64,000 nucleotides of DNA from Styela clava (lineage: Eukaryota): contig NC_135260.1 of NCBI RefSeq assembly GCF_964204865.1, positions 20,894,001-20,958,000 of the forward strand, in the 5' to 3' direction. Made by a program: the position numbers and the translations under genes. This document shows positions 1-11,800 of the stretch, piece after piece (the stretch's first letter is position 1; each line of letters begins with the position of its first letter). Below the pieces are notes generated by a model. The model made no database searches and had not been told where the DNA came from. It saw nothing but the letters and a program-made list of their open reading frames with translations.

Positions 1-1414
1 TTTCTGAAATAACACATTCACTTCACAAATTCTATATGAACATATCTTTTAAATTCAGAGTTCATAGGCATTGGTTAATATATTCTTGCTATAATGACGT
101 GTAATCTGTCAGGATTTTTTACTTTGGCTACAGTGGTAAACGTCCCACAATGGGGGAATAGGTGTTTATGATTATGAATGGACTACGCGCCATTGTTTTA
201 GGAGCAGCAGCAAAATAACAGCTAATCTATTCAAAAACGTGTCGAAATGAATGCTTTATTAAAGTATAACTTTGAATTTCTAAATTCAGATGTAATAGAC
301 AAATCAGATAGTGATGGCAAAAAAATATCCAGATCATGTTGCATGTGTATCATTTAATCCTAATTTTTCCGGCAGAACTAGTGAAGTTAATCTCAAATCA
401 TCTTCAAATGTCACAATCAGTAAGTTTAGATTTAAGTTACATACAGATGGTTTATTTATTTTTTGTATAAAACATTGTTCATTATCTCAAAGTTCTATTA
501 AGCTTCTTGGCTGATTCACGATACATTTCCAAATTTAAATCAATGTTCTTCTAGTTCTGGTCCAGCAGTTTATATATAGATTTGTTTGGGGAAATTTTTT
601 CTGTCTCATTCCTAGTTCATAGCAGTTCCAATCGGAGTTTACATCCATTCAAATAGCTGTAAGGCCCTTACCACGGATACATTTGTAACTTTGTGGATTA
701 CGAGACAGAATATAAATTTTGCTTTAATTATATGTGGCACGATTCTGGGTGTCTCACAAATATCATGTCCCACTTGCCCTACACGATGCTCTTGTTAATT
801 TGAACGTACTATGTGTAAAAGTTTCAGTGTGCTTGTTTGATTTGCCCAAACCACATGCTAAAACCATTTCCCCCTTTGTTTCAGTCAACAGGAACAAGAA
901 TGGAGCGCAGGGTAAGTCAAATCAATGTGGGTTTTCACACATGTAACTAGATATTGTGTAGTCATGGACGGCGACAGTGAGTTTTTGAGCTCATACGCTT
1001 CTACCTGTTTTGCTAATGCACCTAATATAATACACATATCGGTGCTATTGCTACTGTACCCGAGCAATTTCTCGTGGTTTTCAAAACTAGAACCTCAGTC
1101 AAATAATTCGCCTTTGGAATAGACGAAAGAACGCTACCTGTGGCCATTTCAATTTAATACTACGATAAGTGACTATTAGGGAAAGTGTGTTATATATCCA
1201 CCTGAAATTTCTTGCATTTATTAACCTTATCTGCCGAATACAGGTACTACATCATTAGCAGCTGTGGCGGTCGGAAATACTGACGTCAAGAATGAAGATG
1301 GAGGTCATATTAAAATTAGTAAGTAAGCATTATATGTTTATCGAATAACAAATAAAAAAGAACTCTTGATTCCTATCTTCAATCCATAACTTCTTTGAAA
1401 AACTACGAAAACTG

Positions 1415-1643
1415 GGTACTCCCGAAGTATGTGAACCAAGATAGCGGACACCGGAACGTAGTATGTGTACCAGGTTAGGGTTAGGCCATAATTTCGGGTA
1501 CAAACACTACGGGAGTCACTTGGCTAGTTCCCGAACTTGTAATATAACTAAAATAAGGAAAATTGGAATAGGCCTAACCCTAACCTGGTACACATACTAC
1601 GTTCCGGTGTCCGCCATCTTGGTTCACAAACTTCGGGAGTACC
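1415..1643. mobile_element. Merlin-type MITE (family A), 229 bp
   Basis: About 75-bp TIRs GGTACTCCCGAAG.../...CTTCGGGAGTACC containing GGTTAGGGTTAGG; 8-bp TSD gaaaactg/aaaaactg; GGNRM termini plus an 8-bp TSD fit the Merlin superfamily. Confidence 0.8.
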
Positions 1644-1803
1644 AAAAACTGTACTCATTAGTCGAAGAAATATTGCCCAATACTTTCAAATACAAAAATA
1701 TGATGATATGTTTTATTGACTACAAGTTTTAACGATAAGCCTGAATATTTATGAAACACAACAAAGTATCTCAAACAAATAAAACAATTTATTAAAAGTT
1801 CAG

Positions 1804-2206
1804 GGCTCGGACGATGAAGCGGAAAGACATAGGCCATCTCCCGGATTGGTGGCCGAATTGAAAGAAGTTCTTTCAACATTACCAGATGATAGGTTTGACT
1901 GTTTCATCAAAAAGTTGCATGATATTGGCATTTACGGCTCGGAAGATTTTTGTGAGATTCCTCTGGAAGATAATTCATTAAAAGGATTATTGCCAAGAGT
2001 TCAACAAACAAAATTCATGCGCTATGTAGAAAGTTTACACAAAGGTAAAGTTATTCATTGTTTTACCATATATATGTGTGTTACTTCAATTTATGTTCAA
2101 TTCAGGATATATCGTATAGTCAGATTTGTATTTCTATTAAAATTATGTATAACTCTATTTCTGCATTCAGGAAATGCAAATGATACCAACAAAGTTGTCA
2201 CTCAAG
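1804..2206 (+). CDS. Putative exons (1804-2044, 2171-2206) of an unidentified gene or gene relic; SAM-like helical segment
   Basis: cag|GGC acceptor, open 80-codon exon GSDDEAE...LKEVLSTLPDDRFDCFIKKLHDIGIYGSEDFCEIPLEDNSLKGLLPRVQQTKFMRYV, G|gtaaag donor; phase-compatible 36-nt exon ending G|gtatg; flanking exons not resolved. Confidence 0.35.
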
Positions 2207-3837
2207 GTATGTTGTATATTTTGTTAGTACGTTGAGTCACATTAATGATAAACAAGAAAATCTGGACCTGAAAAATCATTTCAATAAATCTTTGGTATTC
2301 AGCAGGCGTAGGTAACCTATTTTCGACTGAAATCAACTGAAATCTTCGCAATACAATGCAATCAACTGATCAATAAAAAATTCACAAAAAAAATGAATAA
2401 GTACTAACAATTTTTGGCTCTCTAATTGTTAATCAAATATAACAATAAAATGGATGTTCTGATGTTACTGCCACTGATATGAATAAAATTTTAGGCACTC
2501 AACGTAGACGTAAATTCTAGCATGATGAAGAAGTTGAGGGCAAAGTGAAATATAGGTTGTATTATTGTTCGGCAAAGCGTCTCATTCGGCCAGTTTATTT
2601 ACATTCACTGCTTGAATTGTAGTTGAACACACTTTTTTGGCATGTTGTTAATAAAGTTGACTGAAAATCATACGCAATCGACCATTCCTGACGTGACGAT
2701 CGACGTGTTGGCCACACCCTGGTATACAGTATGGCATCGGGCATTTCGCCATACTATTTCTCGGATGCTTCTCGCAATATTGAATGATCCATTTCAAAAC
2801 ATTGCTACGAAACACTGCTTAATTTGCTTTATATAAACTAGTCAACTATTGGAATATTTTCGCTTGGATATCAATCTCTTCGATATCTGCTTTTATTGTA
2901 ATCTTACATTTACATTCAGCCTATAACGATGTCAACTTCCCGCTGCCGCACGACTCAAATGATGACGCGCCTCAACTCGAAGACAGATGAAAGAAAACAT
3001 ACCAAAATCTCAATCTATTATATCTTCATTCTACTGTAATTACAAACAGTTTCATTCCATTGTTTTAATGCGAGCCATTACCGGTCAACAAAGTTGTTTC
3101 ATTGTCCAATTAAGAATTTTTGACTCTGAACTATGTAACCTTGATTGAAATACAGAAATGCAATTTTATCGTAACACAGATATTCGCGAATTCTGTAAAT
3201 TCAAATATCTGTGGGTATAAAAATATGTAGGTTCAAATCTTTTGTTTGCCCCTTATGAGAACGTTGGTTCAGAGATCATGGATTAGTACGACTCTATATT
3301 AGACGTTCCTATATAGTCGTTACCATGCAGTTTTTGTTTCAGTGATATTTTGGTATTTCAATAAAAAAATATAAATTTGCACCACGAGTATATGTTATGT
3401 ATGTGAAATTAATATAAATCAAGAAATCCAACGTTTGAATAGATTCTAAAAATTACATTTTAAGCAGTTGTTATGAGAAGCATTCGTTTTTTAAAAATAT
3501 TCATCTGTCTGCATATTATACAAAAGGAACTGCATGCCAATAATATGAATATGTTCTACAGCAGCGGTTCCCAAATTGGGGGTAATTACCCCAGAAAGGG
3601 TAATTCAACAATTTTTAGGAAGTAATTCAGCCTTTCACTGTCTTAATAATTATTTTGTAAAAACCGTTCTTATCGCTGGCCGGTGCTCTCAAAGTATGTG
3701 AACCAAGGTTGCGGATACCGGGACGAAGTATGTGTACCAGGTTAGGATTAGGCCATAATTTCAGGTACACTTAGCTAGTTCCCGAACTCGTAATAGAACT
3801 AAAATAAGGAAAATTGGAATAAAATTATAGCCTACCC

Positions 3838-4810
3838 CAGGGATCACCAACGCGTTGCCCGCGGGCACCAAGTCGCCCGCGAAGACCATATGAGTCTCCC
3901 GCAGGTCTGTTCCAAACTAAGCTTAATAACGGCTCTTATAAGTAAGCTACATCAATTAAATTTTGTTCTGCTATATTAGTATATATAGGAATTTATATGG
4001 GACTTACACACTTATATGGGAACTAGAAATTATTGTAACCATCAACCTTATTTTTATTTGACCTCAGTAATGTGACGGGTCAATTAACACTCTTCCAATT
4101 ATGACATTGAGATCACTTTCCACGAACCCGCGCTTTTTCTTGTCCGTTGGTTAGCGGAGCAGTAATAATACAATTATTGATTCCAAAGAAAAATCCACCA
4201 TTTTCGCGATGAATTTGTTTCCGGAAGCCTGGACTTGATGGCGAAGGAAGCCTTAACCGACCAGCGGCTGCGTGAACCACCCTACGGCGGCGAGGAGTCC
4301 AGCAATCCTTTCGCACATAACTATCCCCGCATGGGATTCTAACCTGCGAACCTAACGCTTAACACGATGGGCCATAGCGCCGCGACTCACTCCACCAGGA
4401 ACAAACATGGAACACCCCTCACTGATGAAAATCTACAAGACTTGCTCAGAGTTATAGTGTCAAGTTACACGTCGGAGTATAATACTCTGCAACATTTGAT
4501 AGTACAACTGTTAAGTCCATTTTATCTTAGACATGTGCAGAGTGTTGAAAATCAATTTGAAAACACTCAGTTTTGAAATACAAGTGTTATTGATAGAAAT
4601 TTATTTGCAACGCTGTGATAATCGTTTGATTTCCTGAAGAATCCTAAAGTTTATTAATGTCTATACTTCACTAAATACCAGTAATTATATCAATAATTGA
4701 AGCTTAATCGAGCAACTGATTTTTTTAGAAGTGTACATTGAACTGGTAGCCCGTAGCTTAATCTGTACCCAAAAAGTAGCTCTCGGCTTCGAAAAGGTTG
4801 GGGACCCCTG
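3838..4810. mobile_element. Non-autonomous hAT element nested in the family A MITE
   Basis: Ends CAGGGATCACCAAC / GTTGGGGACCCCTG; 8-bp TSD gcctaccc/gcctactc. Confidence 0.8.
4205..4390 (-). mobile_element. tRNA-derived SINE copy nested in the hAT element
   Basis: Matches the body and B-box region (gcatgggattctaacctgcgaacc) of the SINE at 59511-59833. Confidence 0.7.
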
Positions 4811-4959
4811 GCCTACTCTAACCTGGTACACATACTACGCTCCGGTGTCCGCCATCTTGGTTCACATACTTCGGGAGTACCATTTTTTCTACCAAATAAG
4901 GTGTTGAAAATGAGTGAATCCACGGTCCTTTATGTTCAGTTCACCATGTGCACCAGATA

Positions 4960-5735
4960 AGTAACACAGATCAGAAACGTTGTGAAGAACTGTCGAGGTA
5001 TCACAAACATAGCGGACGATATCATTAATTGTAGACAGAATGTGAAGAAATATGATCAAAGATCATTTGATGTTCTTGATAATTTGGAAAAGCAGAACTA
5101 GCGCCAATTGGTAGTAGGAAATGTTAAATATGACTTCGTTACAACGTTTTGGTTATAAACTTACAGATCAAGCTAGTGGTCCTCGTGGTTCAAAGGTGGC
5201 GGCAGTAAAAGATGCACGATTATCAAAAAACTAAAAATTAAAATCTTCTATGGGCCTTGTTTAATTAAAGTTTATATCAAACCTTTTTGCGGTTGCAAGG
5301 CTTTTACGTCCATTGACTACAATATGCAAAATTTTAATGGAATATGCGGCGTGAACATTTTTTTGAAGAATTAAAACGTTTAACTATTACAAACACATTA
5401 TATCATACCTGACTATAGGCCAAATCACCAACATGACATGGGAAACTCAACTGCAAGATCATATTCGGACGGTTACTTCATATGCTACGAGGACAACATC
5501 GGATGCACAGAAACGATTCATCCAGACAGAAGACGTATATATGGGAGATTTAACTTAAGATTTGATATCGAAACCGATCATAAAACTTGGGAATGCATGT
5601 ACTGTACTCAAAAACTTCGAAGCCCTCATCCAGGATTGAAAGATGAGCCTTGCGATTGCAAGCGTACGAGTTCAAGGTAATATACCGACCGGATAAAAAG
5701 TAACAATATTGCCGATGTATTGATCTCGTCTTAAC
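4960..5735 (+). mobile_element. Degenerate Ty3/Gypsy pol fragment (RT and RNase H)
   Basis: Frameshifted motifs NIADDII (RT catalytic), F.GLV, ETDHK and KVIYRP...NIADV.SR (RNase H). Confidence 0.7.
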
Positions 5736-8201
5736 GCGCCCATTCAGTGTGATATATATCTATGTGGAATATGTTTTGGCACCGCGCAAAAATGAACAGA
5801 CAGAATTGTGACGACGAGGTAAAGTATGGTGGCAAAATCGAATTAAATTACGTCCGTGGATGCAAATGCTCATGGGTGTAAAAATATTTAGGTACAAATG
5901 TTCTGAATGCAGTTTGCGGATGGAAATGTAGGTATATGCGAAGATAACTGAATCGCTAATGCGATACTTCTTTACGAAGTCATTGACATTGTTTGAACTC
6001 GCCGATGTTGGTCTACTAAGGCTTTTTATTATTAAAATCCAGTTTGATGATTGTAGCTCCGTTAAGAAGGGTTTGGTAGAACGCGAACGCTGTAGTAAGT
6101 AGGTTGATGTTTGAGCTTCAACGTTGTGATTAAGAATATTACAGGACTCTTCCAAGATAAAGTTCCGATTTCACTACTGGGGATGTAAAAACGAAAACAC
6201 CAGTGATAATAATTAGGGATGGCAAAATCGACTTCGGAATCGATTCTTAGAGTTAAAACTTGGATTACAAACACGGTATATCGTTTTGTGACAAGTGCTT
6301 CACCTATATATATAAACTGCTATATCGAGTTGCTACGACTTGTCCCACTTTGCCCTGCCGTAGGAGAATTGACTAGTTTGGGCATTCGCCGACGGTGGTT
6401 TCATAAAATTCATGATCTTTCCGTTTCTGTCACGCGCAGGGTGCTGGGTTGACGCATTAGAGTCAATAGAAAGGGAGAGACTTCGCAGCTTCCGAAGATG
6501 TATGCGTAGAATTACACATTCAATTTCCCGTCGAAAGTAACTGATTTCGTCAGCTAACTTTGACATTGAGATTATCTCGACTTTGAATGAATATTTAGTG
6601 TCGTCAGTCGCACAACCAGCGTTCGATATATGATTATGATAAACAATATTAATACGATTGGCAGATTGTACGGATCTTCTGGTAAATATGCTATAACCTC
6701 TATTCGCCAATTCATCAAAGTTATTATTTAGATGAGCAGCTAGAGCAGAAACCATGTCTGATGAATTTCAAAAATACGATTACCGTTTGAGAAATCATTT
6801 GCGCAAATCGAACTTTATCAAAATTTCGGACGGTTGATTATAACATCCATCGTTAAGTATATACAGCGTCGTTCAGCCACCGAACCAAATGATAATGTTT
6901 ATGAACATCATTATCCATCTCTACCTACGGAAGCCTGCTTTGGTCGAAGAAAACCAAGCGTCGAGTAAATGCGATCGAACCTGATTATTATTATCGAGAG
7001 CGCCTGCAATTAATTGGTGTTTCATCTACTTGTGGCTCAAACGGATTCATTGTATGTGCCGAGTCTGGTGGTTGTTCATCCCTATTAGAGTTTTAATCAG
7101 TCCTAGTGCTCACAAATAAAAATGGTCTTCGACTTTTGCGTCTAATCACAAAAGTTAAAAAAAACAATTGGCTAAATTGCATGTAAAAATATGGTCGATA
7201 AGAGGGTCCTTCGAACATATTACAAAAGTCTGATACCGCTAAAATCAGTTAGTTCCAGGGGGAAAAAATGGGAAAAAGCGAAAACATTTAACTGTTCGCT
7301 TCAAAGTCTCTAGTTAATAACAAGTAGATAATGGACATCAGTGGACCAGTTTATTCCGACAGTTACACACAAGTTAATCTATACCATCACTCCAAATATT
7401 AGCTGAATAAAAAATAAAGCATGAAAAATAGGCATTTACAAAAAAAAAGATTCTAGAGCTTAATGCCAGAGCTTAAAAACTCAAAATGGAAAGAGCAACA
7501 TGCGGGAAAATTCACGGTTGCCAGATTCAGGTCGGCCTGTACAGGATTCATGTGTTACAAAGCATGGAAATAATACTAGCAGATAATAATTAGTATCGAA
7601 TTTGGATAAGAAATTAGCTCATTTAACTCAATGACTGTGCTTAAATAATTGTATAAAAATTGCAAGATTGATACGACTATGAGAAAGAGATATTGCAAAA
7701 AAAATTCCAGAACACAACCTAGTGTCCATAATTAAAGCAGGTGAACATAGCTTACATATTGTGCTCTTTTGCATTAATATATAATAAAAAACGATTTTAT
7801 TAGGTTAACACTATTACCGACTCAATACACATTATGATAAATCACAAAAGTTGAAGAATTTCTTACTATTGCAAACATATTGAACATTCAATACCAAAAC
7901 AGAGATACTTGATAATTACCGGTATTCCCAAAATATTCAAAAAAAATCAGAGCAATATTTTGCACGGACAAAACCAAGTAGCCTAAATGTCTATATGGGT
8001 CAGACGAATTCGAATATATTACATGTTCAATATATTCTGTATATATTTTGCCAAATTGGGCAATAATATGAACTGCATTTACGTAAAGAGTACATTTTCG
8101 ATAATACTTAATTAACACAATTTAGGTCAAATTAGGCACATGCAGCGGTGCGGAGTGTAGTGGAGTTTCAGAGATTGATATTTATAGCGAGTAAAACATT
8201 T

Positions 8202-8420
8202 GGTACTTCCGTAGTATATGTACCAGGTTAGAGTTAGACGATAATTTCATTCCGATTTTCCGTATTTTAGTTCTATTACGAGTTCGGGGACTGTCTGTGT
8301 TAGCCAGGTGAATTACACCCCCTGTCCATAGTAATCAGTCCCTGTACACAACTTGATGTAATGTAGGCGAACAAAATTCGTTACCTCCATATTAGTTGGT
8401 ACACATACTTCTGGATCGCC
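8202..8420. mobile_element. Merlin-type MITE, family A variant
   Basis: GGTAC start, internal sequence shared with family A, perfect 8-bp TSD aaacattt. Confidence 0.75.
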
Positions 8421-8506
8421 AAACATTTTTCAAAATGACCACACAAAATGGGTTGAGGGAAACGATTGGCGAATGTGTTCCGACATGATATATATATATA
8501 TTAGAT

Positions 8507-9380
8507 CAGGGGTGGGCAATTACTTTTCTGAGTGGGCCGGATTCGGATAATAGATTTGGTTACTGGGCCGGAGGAACAAAACTCAATATGATCAAAAACG
8601 GTTTGTAATTTGTAAATACGTAGACATAACGATTAATGAGACGGGATTATCGCCCACTTTGAGAGTCGCAGTACTAGACAAACGGATTTAACATGTGTTG
8701 GGACATTCACGAACGCAAAAAAAATTTGCAGGCCCAAATACTGATATATCAGGTGCTAGAGTTCTTGAATGGTATAAATAATTCGGATGAATGGTTTTGC
8801 ACATAATATTCAGGTGCTTTTAATGAATGGACCTTTTCCAGACCCTTGACCGCAGACAAATTCTCCCTATACTTTACTATTGTAAAAAGTTCAGATGCTT
8901 ATTTTGCAAGTGTTTTGGAGAGTTGGCACTCACAAACTGATTTTCATGCACGAAAATCTCAATTATTATTTTTTTCTGATTATTGCAACTAAACTGACGC
9001 TTAGCAAAAGACTTAGTAACAATTAAACCAGTTCATTTACAACTAATTTATTGAATCATAACTAAAAACCGACAAACACCATGCACAACCCCAAAAACTA
9101 GGCAAAAATATTAATTGTTAGCCGACGTCCTCTAAAACTTTTTGCTGATTGGCCATTGTTACGGAAATAACCAGGTGGAAACATCCATACGTATGGAATA
9201 ACGGTATTTACGATCCGTTATCGATATTTTCAATGAAATGTCATTTTAACTCATCGATATATTCAACAGAAATTTAAATTCATAAAAACCCTAGTCATAA
9301 TTTCATCAGCCACAAGTGGGCCGGATGAAACACTCAAGTGGGCCGGATCCGGCCCGCGGGCCGTAATTTGCCCACCCCTG
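8507..9380. mobile_element. Non-autonomous hAT element
   Basis: TIRs CAGGGGTGGGCAA / TTGCCCACCCCTG, subterminal GGGCCGGA repeats, perfect TSD tattagat. Confidence 0.85.
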
Positions 9381-11594
9381 TATTAGATGTACTCCATTTT
9401 AAACTTTTTGAATAAGCATGTTTCGGAAATATCAGGAATTTCATTTCCGCAACAAATTTAAGATTGGCTCGAGAGAAAGTAATTCTCCTCTAGATGACGA
9501 GCGTGTGTTATGTAAATGAACATCAACTCAATTTGTGAAGTAAGCATTAAATAGCTCCGGCATCAAATTTTGCCTGAATTAAAACGTCGATTCCGCAACT
9601 TCATAATTATATTCATCGGTCTATTTTAGAAGATTCATACATATGCTTTTACATCAGACTTATGCTGTGGAAGAGGATGTTACCGTTACGCTCATATCAC
9701 ATAAACAAGTGCGCGCGATGTGAATATTCAGCATAAACTTGAACGAATTGATTCCGACCTGTATCGGGAACACTGTAATTGTTTGTTAATTAATTAATAA
9801 TGAAATTTTAATTGCAAAACCAAAGTAATCGCAATTTGGTATGGAAATTGGAGGCGTGCGGGAATCAACTTCTCAAGAATAATCAAAAGGTATGAGAGAT
9901 TCACAATGAAAGATCAAGAAACAGATAATAATTAAATAGTTCACAAGGCGTGATACTAATAGTATAAAACTACAAAGAAGCTGAAGATAAGCTGATATGA
10001 CCATAGTCTTCGTTTCATTTTAAAGTATTTGATTGATATTTTTCATAAACATGGGGGATATGGAGAAATTGTAACTTTGGATGTCCACCGCGGGGTCTAC
10101 TTCAAATTCGGAGAGTGTTATTATAGACAGAGATGATTTCAAACCATATATACCGGTATATATATATTACAAGACAATTGAGTATACAATCATTGGTATG
10201 ATTTTGTATTGACCGAATATCGAAATGAGCTAAAGTGAATTCATTTTGATGTACCATAATGGGTCAGAGCATTTCAAACTTGGCCGAATAGTTTCTATTG
10301 TTTAAGTAAAGTTTGAGTTTGACATTAGTAAAAATTAAACCTGACGTGTCGAGCGTACCATCTGATTCTGTGTGATTGACTTCTAGCGAGCTCTCATGGA
10401 CACGAATCGTTTCGTTATTACATATATATGTTGTTCCTGTTGGTATTTTTTTTTCTTATTGCTATGAAAAAATCACTTTTTACTTGTCTCGAAAATTTCT
10501 GTGACAGATTTCATACCCGTAGGCCTACTACTTCGTTTTAACTTTTGTGTGATCCTATTTGAGCATCGCTCTCTTGTATTAACGATGAGCTTTTAGCATC
10601 GTGGGAAAATAAACTATTGATTACTGAGCGAGGTCGCCAAACGCATAGTCACCGATGCTGCAGGGGGTAACACATTCTCAATTGGCGGGCAAGGCTTTTA
10701 CCATTCAGTCAAGTTTTAACTTTTTATTACATCATATTATTAAAAGTAAGGTAAATATCCTATAAAACTGGACTTTTCCATGGTGCCCGACAAACGAGAC
10801 GCAATCGGACTAAAGCCAATAAAAATGCCAACTCCCGCTCAGGTGACTGCCCTTTGCATACCTAATGTTGATAATTGTTTGTTCTTGTCACTTTTCAAAC
10901 TCTCGCACGGGATGGCTAATACTTGTGTGACGAGCGCACTAGCTTGCTTTCTACGACAATATGGCGTCATAGTGGATTTCATTAAATAACCAATATGACA
11001 TTCCCTGAAAATGACATCTTGATACACTACTGATAATATGGGCAAGTGTATTTCAAAATCTAGTATAACACTTTTGGAAACTCCATTGGCCTGTAATATC
11101 TTGCACCATAGACAAGAGTTGGTCTTTGTTGATTCAAAGAACGTCTCGCGCCGCCCTGTCGACTTCACAGAATAAATCTAGGGTACTTACTCTTCATAAA
11201 TTTAACAGCAGTTCAAAAATACTGCGTTACAATAGACGTGAAATATATAAAATATGCAAGTAAACCTGTAGTGACAGGGGTGCGGCAAAACGACGATATG
11301 TACAATAGTCAGTCAATGTCAAGTCCACGTGAAGAATGGGAGTAGGCCGTGGCGTTGGCCGTAGGGTACCGTATGAATAGCCATAAATTGACAAGTTTTT
11401 ACAATGAATTGGCTACGGCTGCTTATTTTCACATATGTTATGTAATATTTCTCATGTACAGTTAACCCCAACCGCGCGATCCTCAGCCTCAGAAATGTTG
11501 CACTTTTGTTAACGTATCCAATACTGTAAGGTAAAACTTAAATACGAGAATTTGTACGGTACGCGCCAGACCGACATAAATTCTCCTTTACAAT

Positions 11595-11740
11595 AGCTTC
11601 CAATCAAAGTGTCACGCTTTTGCGTGAATGCGCACGCAACTCGTATTTTAAACAGCATCCAATGAAAACGACGATTAATCACGTGGTATTGCGACGCGAT
11701 GTCTGGCGTGGATCAAGACTCGTCGTTCTTTCATTCGTAC
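11595..11740 (+). promoter_or_regulatory. Housekeeping promoter of the hnRNP gene
   Basis: CpG-rich; CCAAT at 11600 and 11659, NRF1-like TGCGCACGCA 11629-11638, E-box CACGTG 11680-11685, pyrimidine-rich TCT-like TTCTTTCA at 11726. Confidence 0.5.
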
Positions 11741-11800
11741 GTCTGCTAGTATACGGTCTTCTTGCTGTTCGTTCTGCGTGTTTGCGAATTAATCTATAAA

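Larger units (their letters stand above)
3682..4881. mobile_element. Family A (Merlin-type) MITE interrupted by a hAT MITE
   Basis: Left arm 3682-3837 and right arm 4811-4881 match the element at 1415-1643. Confidence 0.75.

Noticed and set aside
5760-6755. Minus-strand ORFs of 131 and 140 aa next to the Gypsy relic
   Set aside because: No recognisable motifs or splice structure; probably decayed TE or chance ORFs
10780-11168. Overlapping 69- and 109-aa ORFs upstream of the hnRNP promoter
   Set aside because: No domain similarity and no in-phase exon chain
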